From assembly GCA_052325505.1 (NCBI GenBank), contig JBKQUS010000136.1:445-64444 (forward strand): a stretch of DNA of 64,000 nucleotides. Reading direction: 5' to 3'. Positions within the stretch are counted from its first letter, which is position 1. The number at the start of each line of letters is the position of its first letter. The notes below the pieces were generated by a model that saw only the letters and a list, made by a program, of their open reading frames with translations, ran no database searches and was not told the DNA's origin. The DNA comes from Limisphaerales bacterium. Lineage in GTDB: Bacteria; Verrucomicrobiota; Verrucomicrobiia; Limisphaerales; Palsa-1400. Made by a program: the position numbers and the translations under genes. Of this stretch, positions 1 through 9,614 are shown in pieces.

Positions 1-2
1 GT

Positions 3-1034
3 GGAAAAACTGTTCTGGCTGAATTCAAAGCGGGGCACAGTTTCGCCTACGCCTTCGACACACTGACTAACTTGAGTGATAATGAAAAAAACGCGGTGTC
101 AGTGTATCTCGCGGAAAATGAAGGAAACAAAGTACAGGCCGGGACCAATTGGAATGTATTGACACAGAAAGAGGCAAGCGTGTTTCAAATCCGCATCGGC
201 ACGCTGGAGGCGGGAAAGCTGGCGCTTGGGCCGGCGCTTTTCAACACCCTGCGAAAGATTCTGGACGTTCGCGTCTCGCCAACCGCAACGGCCATCGCTT
301 ACACGGCGGAAGGCGACAATAAGGACGAACTGCGGCTTTTCGTGCTTCCGACGGATGGCTCCGCGCCGCCGCAGTTGGTAGCCAAAAATACGGCGTGTTG
401 TGTCGATTGGTCGGTGGACGGCCATTCTCTACTGTATATCATGAACGAGGCAGCAAGCGGCGATGAAATCGGCGTCGGCACGCTCACGCGACGCGGCATC
501 CTCAATGCGGCGGGTAGGATCGAAATGCAAACAAAGGGCGATGATTTGGTCGGCCTACTGTTCGATGCCAATAACAAAGTACGCTGCTTGAGCGACGGGC
601 GGATCATTTTTGCGGCGGTGGATATCCATCTCCCTTGCACCGATTTGGACATGCCCCAGCAGGCCGAACTCTTTGCTCTGGATCCCGAACGGCAGGCGGC
701 AGTCATCCCGCTGATTCCTCGAAGCGTGCAGAACAGCCTGCCTGCCAATCCGGACTTTTATGAGACCAGTCCCGACGGCAAGCGCATTGCCATCAGCGGG
801 GCGAAAGGCGCCGTCGCGGTTCTGACCCTGGCCACGGGAAAGCTGGACACGGTGCAAGCAGGGGGAAAAGACGACACGGTTTGCGTACCGGCCTGGCGTT
901 CCGCCGGCGAATTGTGCTACGTCTTCACCACCAACGGCCAACCGGCGCAAGTGGCCCTTTGGAGCAACGGAACGAACCGGGTGTTGAGCGCCAACTGGCC
1001 GGCGGATGCCCGAAAGGGATTTTTGGACAAGTGA
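3..1034 (+). CDS. Beta-propeller (PD40/TolB-like repeat) protein, C-terminal part. The frame is open to the left window edge; TTG at 72 is the first in-window start.
   Basis: Frame 3 has no stop from nt 3 to TGA 1032-1034. Blade-like motifs recur (VSPTATAIAYTAEG, SVDGHSLLY, YETSPDGKRIAISG). Confidence 0.6.
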   Translation, partial: GKTVLAEFKAGHSFAYAFDTLTNLSDNEKNAVSVYLAENEGNKVQAGTNWNVLTQKEASVFQIRIGTLEAGKLALGPALFNTLRKILDVRVSPTATAIAYTAEGDNKDELRLFVLPTDGSAPPQLVAKNTACCVDWSVDGHSLLYIMNEAASGDEIGVGTLTRRGILNAAGRIEMQTKGDDLVGLLFDANNKVRCLSDGRIIFAAVDIHLPCTDLDMPQQAELFALDPERQAAVIPLIPRSVQNSLPANPDFYETSPDGKRIAISGAKGAVAVLTLATGKLDTVQAGGKDDTVCVPAWRSAGELCYVFTTNGQPAQVALWSNGTNRVLSANWPADARKGFLDK

Positions 1035-1047
1035 AGCTTTCCAAGAA

Positions 1048-1068
1048 GGATTAAGATTAAGATTAGGG
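1048..1068. repeat. Tandem hexamer micro-repeat GGATTA-AGATTA-AGATTA-GGG, which is (TAATCY)3 on the other strand
   Basis: Read directly between the convergent stop codons 1032-1034 and 1076-1078. Related arrays occur at 22166-22184 and 63328-63352. Confidence 0.7.
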
Positions 1069-1075
1069 ACGGACT

Positions 1076-2188
1076 TCACAGCGTCCGGCGGAATAGCAGG
1101 GTGGCCGCAGCCATGGCAATGATGGTGAATGCGAGCAGAAAGAGAAGGTCATAACCAATCGCGCCCAAGCCAGTGTTTTTGAGCACCAATTGTTTGAAAC
1201 CATGCACGGCGTAGGTGAAGGGATCGATCGTGGTGATGACCTTCATCCAAGGGGGAAAGGACTGCGTTGGATACACCGCGCCACTAGGGAAAAAGAGCAC
1301 GGTGTTTAACACGCCGAAAATGGCACGCGGCACCAAGGGATCGCTCACCCGCACCATGATGAGAAACATCATGCTGATCAAGGCCAGGGAAGTGACCGTC
1401 ACGAGCAGGAGCATCCGCGCCAGACGCAGCAGGTTCAACGGGTCCGGTATCCCGGCGATGATGGAGCCGCAGGTGACCAGCACCGTTCCCGACAAAATCG
1501 CCTTGGCGGCGCCAGCCAGGTTGAAGCCCAGGATCAGTTCCAGTTTGCTGATGGGAGTGACCAGATACCCTTCATGCAGCCCGCGGGCCTTGTCGTCAAT
1601 AAAGATGATGCCGCCGCCGATCATGGCCGAGACGAAGATGGCCAGGGCAATGGTGCCGGGCAGAAGATATTGGATGTAGGGAACGTAAGGATAAATCTCG
1701 ACCACGGAGAGGGTGGCATCCGCGGAACGCCGCGCGGGAACGGCGGGTTGATTGTAGGCGGTCAGCATTTGATTCATCGTTCCTTCCAGGGCGGAAGCGG
1801 AGAATTGGTCGGTATTATCCTCGGCCAGGCCGATTTGGGGATTGGCCCCGGCCAGGACTTTGCGCGAGAATTGCGGCGGAATTTCCAGCAGTCCGTTGAT
1901 TTTGCCGTTGCGCAAGTCGCGCAGGGCCGTGGTCTGGTCGTCGTAGGCCACGGTGTCGAAAGTGCGCGCGTTGGCCGCCACGGCCTGCGCCATCTCCTTG
2001 ACTTTGATGGCCGGCATGCCGTGGTCCTGATCCAAAACTCCTACATGCAGGTTCTTGACTTTTCCGCCGAAGGCGTAGCCAAGGATGACCAACTGCATCA
2101 ACGGCATGACCATGGAGACGATCATCAGGGTCGGGCTGCGCCGGAAGCGCCGCAAATCACGTTCGATGATGGCCCAGATGCGGTACAT
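1076..2188 (-). CDS. ABC-2 type transporter permease
   Basis: 370-aa polytopic ORF with the N-terminal RDLRRFRRSPTLMI motif typical of ABC-2 permeases. Its ATG (2186-2188) lies 2 nt after the stop of the upstream ATPase gene. Confidence 0.9.
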   Translation of the reverse strand: MYRIWAIIERDLRRFRRSPTLMIVSMVMPLMQLVILGYAFGGKVKNLHVGVLDQDHGMPAIKVKEMAQAVAANARTFDTVAYDDQTTALRDLRNGKINGLLEIPPQFSRKVLAGANPQIGLAEDNTDQFSASALEGTMNQMLTAYNQPAVPARRSADATLSVVEIYPYVPYIQYLLPGTIALAIFVSAMIGGGIIFIDDKARGLHEGYLVTPISKLELILGFNLAGAAKAILSGTVLVTCGSIIAGIPDPLNLLRLARMLLLVTVTSLALISMMFLIMVRVSDPLVPRAIFGVLNTVLFFPSGAVYPTQSFPPWMKVITTIDPFTYAVHGFKQLVLKNTGLGAIGYDLLFLLAFTIIAMAAATLLFRRTL

Positions 2189-2190
2189 TT

Positions 2191-3186
2191 TCAGCCTCGT
2201 TGCAATATGAATGGGCTGCTGGCGGCGGACGGCGCTTGCAGCGTGTCGCGCAGTTGATGCCCGGTGTAATGCACAAAAACGTCGTCCAGGGTGGTGCTTT
2301 GCACGGACAGGGAAGCCAGCGTCACCCCGGCCACGCGCGCCGCCTCCATCAAGGCGGCAGCGGTGCGGGGTCCGTTGTTGGAGGAGAGGCGGAAGACATG
2401 GTCGTCGGACTTCAAGTCCGCCACGTCCGGCAGGGCGCGAAGCGTTTCAGCCCAGCCTTCGGGCACCTGAGAAAAGCTGACTTCCAAGATATTCTGGCCG
2501 GGGATCGAAGCCTTGAGCTTCAAGGGCGAATCCAGCGCGGCCAGTTTGCCATTGTCAATAATAGCGATGCGGTCGCAAAGTTTGTCGGCTTCGTCCATGT
2601 AATGGGTGGTGACGAGAATGGTCAGTTCGCGCTGGTGTTTGAGCTTTTCGAGCATGTCCCAAACGGCGACGCGCGAGACGGGATCCAGGCCGGTGGTCGG
2701 CTCATCCAGAAAAAATATTTTCGGCTCATGCACCAGGCCGCGCGCGATTTCCAAGCGGCGGCGCATGCCGCCCGAGAACATCTTGACCGGCTTGTCGGCC
2801 CACTGTTCGAGATCGACCGCCCGCAACAGTTCCTTGATCGTGCGCCGCCGTTTTTCGCCGCGGATGCCGTAGAGCTTGGCGAAGATGCTCATGTTTTCCA
2901 CGGCGGTCAAATCCAGGTCGGAAGTCATGGCCTGGGGGATGACGCCGATGGATTGCCGGACGCCATTGGCTTCGCGCACGACATCAAAGCCGTTGACGCG
3001 GGCGGTGCCGGATGTGGGAGGGACAAGGATGGTCAACATGCGGATGAGCGTTGATTTGCCCGCGCCGTTGGGCCCAAGGAGACCGAAGATTTCGCCGGTA
3101 TCGACCTTGAAACTCAGGGCATCCACGGCGCAAAAATCGCCGAAGCACTTGGTCAGCTTCTCGACTTCGATGGCGGGCAGGCTCAT
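2191..3186 (-). CDS. ABC transporter ATP-binding protein (DrrA-like)
   Basis: Walker A GPNGAGKST, signature FSGGMRRRL, Walker B IFFLDEPTTGLD. ATGA overlap with the HlyD gene stop. Confidence 0.95.
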   Translation of the reverse strand: MSLPAIEVEKLTKCFGDFCAVDALSFKVDTGEIFGLLGPNGAGKSTLIRMLTILVPPTSGTARVNGFDVVREANGVRQSIGVIPQAMTSDLDLTAVENMSIFAKLYGIRGEKRRRTIKELLRAVDLEQWADKPVKMFSGGMRRRLEIARGLVHEPKIFFLDEPTTGLDPVSRVAVWDMLEKLKHQRELTILVTTHYMDEADKLCDRIAIIDNGKLAALDSPLKLKASIPGQNILEVSFSQVPEGWAETLRALPDVADLKSDDHVFRLSSNNGPRTAAALMEAARVAGVTLASLSVQSTTLDDVFVHYTGHQLRDTLQAPSAASSPFILQRG

Positions 3187-4232
3187 GGTTTGGCCACGGG
3201 GAGCAAGACGAAGGCGGTCATGCCAACGGTCAGGCTGCCGTCGTCATTGTCGCAGCGCAGCCGTATTTCAAAGGTTCTGATGTCGCGCTTGGTGCGGCTG
3301 ACGTCGCGTTGCGTGGCGTACTCGGCGTCCACCCCGCGATAAAAAACGACGCCCTCGCGCGTGGCGCCGGAAGGCAGGCGGACGGTGAACTCGTCGCCCA
3401 GACGGATGCTGTCAATATAACTTTCCTCGACGTCGGCCCGCACCCAGAGGTTTTTGGGATTGATGAGCGTGACAATGGCCTGGCCCGGATTGACCACCTC
3501 GCCCTGCAACGCGGCGCGGACGTTCACTACGCCATTCGTAGGCGCGCGGATTTCGGTGTATCCCAACACGATGGCGGCCTTATCCTTTTGCGCGGAGGCG
3601 GCGGCGCTTTGCTGGATGTCCGCCTGGAGCGCAGCGCGGCGGGCGGCGATTTGTTCGGCGGTGGATTTGGCCAGGGCCACCGCAGCCTGCGCCGCCACGG
3701 CTTGTTTGCGCAACGACTGGACGCGGGCCTTGGCCGCGTCGCAGGCCGTTCGCGCCTGGTCGTATTCCTTGACCGAATCAACGCCTTGCTTGTAGAGAGC
3801 CTCTTCCCGCTTGAATGTGAGGCTGAGATTTTCCAGGTCGGATTCGGCTTGGGCGATCTGGTCCTTGGTCGCGGCCAGATTCGCTTCGCTTTGCCAGGTG
3901 AGGTTGCTGGTTTGCGACTCCTGGAACTTCAAGTCGGCCTCGCCCTGCGCGACCTGGGCGGTGGATTGTTCCGCGCTGTCGGTGTAAAAGGCCAGGTCGG
4001 CCTTCCATTCGGCGGGTTGAATCCGCGCGAGCAACTGCCCGTTGGTCACGGTGTCGCCTTCGTGGACCAGAAGCTCTTGCAGCCGGCCTTGAATCTCAGA
4101 ACTGGCGATGACTTCATCGGTTGTGACCATGCCGGTCAAAACGATTTCGCGCCCGCGCCGGGCGGCGATAAAATAGAGGACAGCGGCCAACACCACCACG
4201 ATGACAATAACCAGCGGAATCCTGCGCTTCAT
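3183..4232 (-). CDS. HlyD-family membrane fusion (periplasmic adaptor) protein
   Basis: N-terminal TM anchor IPLVIVIVVVLAAVLYFIAA, a long Q/A/E-rich coiled coil, and a C-terminal beta domain. ATG at 4232 is preferred over TTG at 4271. Confidence 0.9.
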   Translation of the reverse strand: MKRRIPLVIVIVVVLAAVLYFIAARRGREIVLTGMVTTDEVIASSEIQGRLQELLVHEGDTVTNGQLLARIQPAEWKADLAFYTDSAEQSTAQVAQGEADLKFQESQTSNLTWQSEANLAATKDQIAQAESDLENLSLTFKREEALYKQGVDSVKEYDQARTACDAAKARVQSLRKQAVAAQAAVALAKSTAEQIAARRAALQADIQQSAAASAQKDKAAIVLGYTEIRAPTNGVVNVRAALQGEVVNPGQAIVTLINPKNLWVRADVEESYIDSIRLGDEFTVRLPSGATREGVVFYRGVDAEYATQRDVSRTKRDIRTFEIRLRCDNDDGSLTVGMTAFVLLPVAKP

Positions 4233-4365
4233 ATACCGTGGGAGCTTGGCTGGGCCGCCGCTCCGGGGCAAGTTCTTCCGCGCTAGACCGTAAATGTCAT
4301 CGGAGGAATGGTTGTCATGGGAAATGGGTTAAGACTTTGCAAATTAATCTGACTCTTGTAGAACA

Positions 4366-5415
4366 ATGCTGGAAATGAACTGCATACGCCTTGGATTCGC
4401 CGTCGTTTTAATTGCCACCGGTTTCGAAACAGGCTGTCTGGCAGGGCCGCCGACCGCTTGGGAGGAGATTGCCCGCATGGGTCCGGGCATCAACCTGGGC
4501 AACACATTTGACGCGCCTGACGGCGAAGGAACCTGGTGCCCGCAAGCCGCGCAAGCCGTGTTCTTCGACGACTTCAAGGCAGCCGGTTTTAATCACGTCC
4601 GATTGCCGGTGACGTGGCAAAAGCACATGAGCGAAACGGCGCCATATACGGTGGATGCGAAATTCCTGGATCGGATTGCAGAGGTTGTCGGATGGGCGAA
4701 TGAACGCGGTTTGGTGGTGGTTTTGAACGCGCACCATGAGGATTGGTTCAAGAATGATCCCGCCGCCCAGATGCCCCGGTTCGAGGCTCTCTGGCGGCAA
4801 CTGGCGACCCGATTCAAAGATGTGCCGGATCAATTGTTGGTGTTTGAAGTGCTCAATGAATCCGAAGCCAAGCATATCGACGCCAATCAAACAACGGAGA
4901 TGAATAAGAGCATTTTGCGGGTCATTCGTGAAACGAACCCGTCACGTTGCGTTATTATCGGGGCCGTGGGTGACGATGCCGACCGCCTGGTCAAGGAGTT
5001 GAAGGCACCGCATGATCCGCACGTCATTGCGACCTATCACTGCTATGCCCCGTGGTTCTTTGTCAGCGCCCAACCGCGCAATCCGGCTGAAGCAACGTGG
5101 GGCTCCGACACACAGAAGGCCGACTATCTCAGGATAATGGATCCCATCAAAAAGTGGTCCGATCATAACCATGTGCCCATTTACCTGGGCGAATGGGGGA
5201 CCAGCGGAAAATGCGAAGCCGGATCCCGGCTGGAATATTATCGGTTCGTTCCGGCGCAAGCCGCGGCGCGTGGTTTCAGTCATGCCATCTGGGATGATGG
5301 CGGGGACATGCGGATTTATGACCGGGAGACGCGCCGATGGAACACCAACCTTTTGCAAGCCGTGTTCCCGGCGGCTTCCACAGCAAAGAAACCAAGCCTC
5401 CCCTCGGTCGATTGA
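4366..5415 (+). CDS. Glycoside hydrolase family 5 (cellulase-like), secreted/lipoprotein-like
   Basis: Signal peptide with Cys (ATGFETGC); GINLGNTFD, VFEVLNESE (acid/base NE motif), IYLGEWG (nucleophile Glu). Confidence 0.9.
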   Translation: MLEMNCIRLGFAVVLIATGFETGCLAGPPTAWEEIARMGPGINLGNTFDAPDGEGTWCPQAAQAVFFDDFKAAGFNHVRLPVTWQKHMSETAPYTVDAKFLDRIAEVVGWANERGLVVVLNAHHEDWFKNDPAAQMPRFEALWRQLATRFKDVPDQLLVFEVLNESEAKHIDANQTTEMNKSILRVIRETNPSRCVIIGAVGDDADRLVKELKAPHDPHVIATYHCYAPWFFVSAQPRNPAEATWGSDTQKADYLRIMDPIKKWSDHNHVPIYLGEWGTSGKCEAGSRLEYYRFVPAQAAARGFSHAIWDDGGDMRIYDRETRRWNTNLLQAVFPAASTAKKPSLPSVD

Positions 5416-5495
5416 AGGGCTGAAAATCAGACTGGCCGGGGCCTTTGGAATTTCTCGGAGTTCCTTTGGCCTCGACCAGTAAATCGTTGTGCCTC

Positions 5496-5598
5496 ATGCC
5501 TATCCGCTTTGTTGTCTAAACCCCTCTCTCCGGCTCTCTCCCCGCTGCGCGGGGCGAGAGAGAGAAAACACCGAATTGTCATGCAACCGGATAGGCAT
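5496..5598. terminator. Nested inverted repeat between convergent genes: a probable bidirectional terminator or structured element
   Basis: Outer stem ATGCCTATCCG (5496-5506) pairs with CGGATAGGCAT (5588-5598). Inner GC-rich hairpin at 5534-5562 (CTCTCTCCCCGC...GCGGGGCGAGAGAG) has a 2-nt bulge. Confidence 0.45.
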
Positions 5599-5629
5599 AG
5601 TTGTTGTCGTTTAAATCAATTTTTGGCCG

Positions 5630-6655
<1,026 letters not shown>

Positions 6656-6731
6656 AGATGATGTCTGCCGGATTGTCTTGTTATGCCGTTTTTTTTATTT
6701 GTTCGCTGGTTCCAGCCAGCCGCCTCTGCAT

Positions 6732-6748
6732 TAGCAAGGAAAATGCCA
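6732..6748 (-). promoter_or_regulatory. Sigma-54 (-24/-12) promoter for glnII
   Basis: The minus strand reads TGGCATTTTCCTTGCTA. That is TGGCAT-N5-TTGCT with exact GG-N10-GC spacing, about 77 nt upstream of the glnII ATG. Confidence 0.55.
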
Positions 6749-6945
6749 TCCTGCCAAAACACTTGTGTGGCGCAGGCGCGAAGCGGTTGAAATGCCCTGT
6801 GGCCGGGAGGGGAAAGGCCGTTCCCAGTTTTTTTGCGCCAGCCGGGGCATGACGACAGGCCGCTGTGTTTTTTTGCTCGTACTGCGCAGATTTGACTGAT
6901 TTGAGCATTTGACCGGAGCACAGCGGCGAGGCAGGTTGCCTAAGG

Positions 6946-7332
6946 ATGTTGCAAGTCAAAGACACACTGAGGGCAACGGTCCAGGCCAGTAGTTTTGACG
7001 GGCGGGTCTATAAGACTTACCACGGGCCGGATGCGCTGGAGCGCTTCAACAAAGAAGTGCGGGTGCTGCGACATCTTGAGGCCCGCGGGTGCGGATTCGT
7101 GCCGCGGCTGCTGGAGGCCGACCCCACCGTGCCCCGCATCGTCACCACCAACTGCGGCTCGCGCGTCGAGCATCTGGATGCGGAGCGGGCGCGGGAATTG
7201 TTCGCGGAACTGGAACTCTACGGAGTGCGGCACGACGACCCTGACATGCGCAATGTGACATACCGACAATCAGACGGCCGTTTCTGCGTGGTGGATTTTG
7301 AACTGGCGACAATCCTGCCCGAGTCCGGGTGA
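6946..7332 (+). CDS. Minimal protein-kinase-like fold protein (128 aa; APH/Kdo/RIO-like core ending just after the DFG-equivalent)
   Basis: VYK (beta3 Lys), NKEV (helix C Glu), HDDPDMRN (HxDxxxxN catalytic loop), VVDFE (DFG-equivalent). The protein ends 9 aa later. Confidence 0.6.
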   Translation: MLQVKDTLRATVQASSFDGRVYKTYHGPDALERFNKEVRVLRHLEARGCGFVPRLLEADPTVPRIVTTNCGSRVEHLDAERARELFAELELYGVRHDDPDMRNVTYRQSDGRFCVVDFELATILPESG

Positions 7333-7342
7333 CGCGCAACAA

Positions 7343-8179
7343 ATGGACCCTCTCCGCCAGTTTTCCAAAGGTTTGCAATGGTCCGGGCGGACCGATTGCG
7401 GCAAGGTGCGGCCCAACAACGAAGACGCATTCCTGGGCCTGCAGTTTGATGCTTGCGAAACCCATCACTTGGGAGCCATCGGGGAAGGGGCGACCGGCCA
7501 CATGGATTTCGTGTTTGCGGTGAGCGACGGCATGGGCGGAGCAAGGGCCGGGGAACAAGCCAGCCGGATCGCGGTGCAAAAAATCATGACACTGCTGCCG
7601 CGCTCCTACCTGCAGTCGGCGATAGGATTGGCGGCGGGTTTTCCCGACGTGCTGGAGGAGCTTTTCGCCGAGATCCACGCCGCGCTGGCCCACTTGGGTG
7701 CGAGTTATGAAGAATGCGCAGGCATGGAAACCACCTTGAGTCTGTGTTGGTTCACGCCGGGGAGGATGTTTTTCGGGCATATTGGCGACAGCCGCATTTA
7801 TTATCTGCCTGCGCAAACGGGCGCATTCAGGCAACTCAGCCATGACGACACGCACGTCGGCTGGCTGTTGCGCCAGGGGAAGATCACCGAGCGGCAGGCG
7901 CGCGCTCATCCGGGTCGCAACCTGCTGCAAAAGGCCCTGGGCTGCGGCAATCAGTTCGTCACGCCGCAAGTCGGGGCCGTGACTTACGAGACGGGTGATG
8001 TTTTTCTGCTCTGCACGGACGGCTTGGTCGAGGGACTGCACGACAGCCATCTGGAGGCGTATCTGCGCTCGCCTGAATCCTTCCAGCCCGGCGTAAACCC
8101 GGCACACCGACTGGTGGAGGAAGCGCTGGCAAGAAGCGGTCGCGACAACACCACAGCCGTGGTGATCCGGGTGGTCTAA
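7343..8179 (+). CDS. PP2C-family Ser/Thr protein phosphatase
   Basis: RPNNEDAF, VSDGMGG, GDSRIYY, LCTDGL and DNTTAVVI motifs. ATG 7343 lies 10 nt after the kinase-like stop (alternative TTG at 7298). Confidence 0.9.
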   Translation: MDPLRQFSKGLQWSGRTDCGKVRPNNEDAFLGLQFDACETHHLGAIGEGATGHMDFVFAVSDGMGGARAGEQASRIAVQKIMTLLPRSYLQSAIGLAAGFPDVLEELFAEIHAALAHLGASYEECAGMETTLSLCWFTPGRMFFGHIGDSRIYYLPAQTGAFRQLSHDDTHVGWLLRQGKITERQARAHPGRNLLQKALGCGNQFVTPQVGAVTYETGDVFLLCTDGLVEGLHDSHLEAYLRSPESFQPGVNPAHRLVEEALARSGRDNTTAVVIRVV

Positions 8180-8231
8180 GTGGGCATCGGCCCCGTGTGC
8201 ATGCCGGCACAAAAAAATGCAAAAATGGTGC

Positions 8232-8268
8232 TTGACGTTTTGTATCACTGTATTATACTACTAATACA
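8232..8268 (+). promoter_or_regulatory. Putative sigma-70 promoter with an overlapping GntR-type palindromic operator
   Basis: TTGACG (8232-8237), 16-nt spacer, TATACT (8254-8259). Perfect inverted repeat TGTATTA-N6-TAATACA (8249-8255 / 8262-8268), plus an extra TGTAT at 8241. Confidence 0.5.
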
Positions 8269-8313
8269 TTAATCGGAAGGCCCCGGTTCGGGCGGCCCGA
8301 CGATTCAGGTCTG

Positions 8314-8706
8314 ATGCAACTTCGAATTTCAATGGAGGATGGCACGCCGATCTACCAACAGATCGTCGAACAGGTGAAGTACCTGGTGGCCGCCGGGCGG
8401 CTCAAGCCGGGCGATGATGTTCCCCCCATCCGCGTTCTGGCGGAACAACTGCGGATCAATCCCAACACCGTGGCGCGCGCCTATCTGGAGCTCGAACGGG
8501 AGGGGATCGTCACCATGCGGCAGGGTTTCGGCACCACGGTGGCCCAGGTCAAGACGCTCCTGCCCCGGCGTGAAAAGCTGCGCATCCTGGCCGAACCCGC
8601 CGACATATTATTGACCAACGCGCGACATCTGAACGTCAGCCTGGAGGAAATCATCACACTCCTGCGCGAGCGCGATGCCGCCATGCAACCGGAATCATCC
8701 AAATGA
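8314..8706 (+). CDS. GntR-family transcriptional regulator, YtrA-like (short C-terminal domain)
   Basis: 130 aa with a winged HTH (PPIRVLAEQLRINPNTVARAYLELEREGIV). 4-nt overlap with the downstream ABC ATPase. Confidence 0.9.
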   Translation: MQLRISMEDGTPIYQQIVEQVKYLVAAGRLKPGDDVPPIRVLAEQLRINPNTVARAYLELEREGIVTMRQGFGTTVAQVKTLLPRREKLRILAEPADILLTNARHLNVSLEEIITLLRERDAAMQPESSK

Positions 8707-9611
8707 AATTCCCATCTCCCTCCTCGGCCGAAGCGGTCATCGCTGTCAGCGGTGTGTCGCGCCATTTTGGGTCCAAGGCGGCGCTGGACGACGTCTCGGT
8801 GTTCGTCCCGCGCGGCAGCGTGCTGGGGTTGGTGGGCGAAAATGGCGCCGGCAAGACCACATTGATCAAACATTTGCTGGGCGCGCTCAAGGCCCAGACG
8901 GGCAGCGTGCGGGTCTTTGGCCTCGATCCGGTTCATGATCCTGTGGGTGTGTTGGGCCGCGTGGGGTATCTGTCGGAACGGCGCGACCTGCCGGGTTGGA
9001 TGCGGGTGGATGAATTCATGCGCTATACCCAGGCATTTTATCCGGGGTGGGATGAGCAATATGCGGGGGAGCTTTTGGAACAATTCCAACTGGACCCGGC
9101 CCAAAAGATCAAAACACTGTCGCAAGGCCAACAGGCCAAGATCGGTTTGCTCACGTCTCTGGCGTATCGGCCGGAGCTGTTAATTCTGGACGAACCCAGT
9201 TCGGGCCTGGATCCCGTGGTTCGCCGGGACATTTTGGAGGCGATCATCCGCATCGTGGCCGAGGAAGGCCGAACCGTTTTGTTCTCGTCTCATCTGCTGG
9301 ACGAAGTGGAACGGGTGGCCGATCACGTTGTCATGCTCCAGCGTGGACGCGTGGTGTTGAATGGTCGGACCGAGGAGGTGCGGGGCGGACATATCTCGGC
9401 GGTGCTGGCGTTTGCGGAACCGCCGGCCAAGGCGCCGGTTCTGGCCGGGGCGCATGCGGTCACGGGGTTCGGGTCTGAATGGCGGGTGTTGTTTGGCGGC
9501 TCGCATCTCGAACTTGAGACGGCGGCGGCCTTGATTGGCGCCCGCGTGGTCGAGGAGCGAACTCCCACGCTGGATGAAATCCTGGTGGCGCGGGCAGGGG
9601 GAAAGAGTTGA
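8703..9611 (+). CDS. ABC transporter ATP-binding protein (YtrB-like)
   Basis: Walker A GENGAGKTT, signature LSQGQQAKI, Walker B LLILDEPSSGLD. Confidence 0.9.
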   Translation: MKFPSPSSAEAVIAVSGVSRHFGSKAALDDVSVFVPRGSVLGLVGENGAGKTTLIKHLLGALKAQTGSVRVFGLDPVHDPVGVLGRVGYLSERRDLPGWMRVDEFMRYTQAFYPGWDEQYAGELLEQFQLDPAQKIKTLSQGQQAKIGLLTSLAYRPELLILDEPSSGLDPVVRRDILEAIIRIVAEEGRTVLFSSHLLDEVERVADHVVMLQRGRVVLNGRTEEVRGGHISAVLAFAEPPAKAPVLAGAHAVTGFGSEWRVLFGGSHLELETAAALIGARVVEERTPTLDEILVARAGGKS

Positions 9612-9614
9612 TTT

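Noticed and set aside
4326-4341. A sigma-54-like GG-N10-GC (GGGTTAAGACTTTGCA) upstream of the GH5 gene.
   Set aside because: Only the -12 TTGCA box is good. The -24 box lacks the TGGCAC context, and a glycosidase is an unlikely sigma-54 target. This is probably chance.
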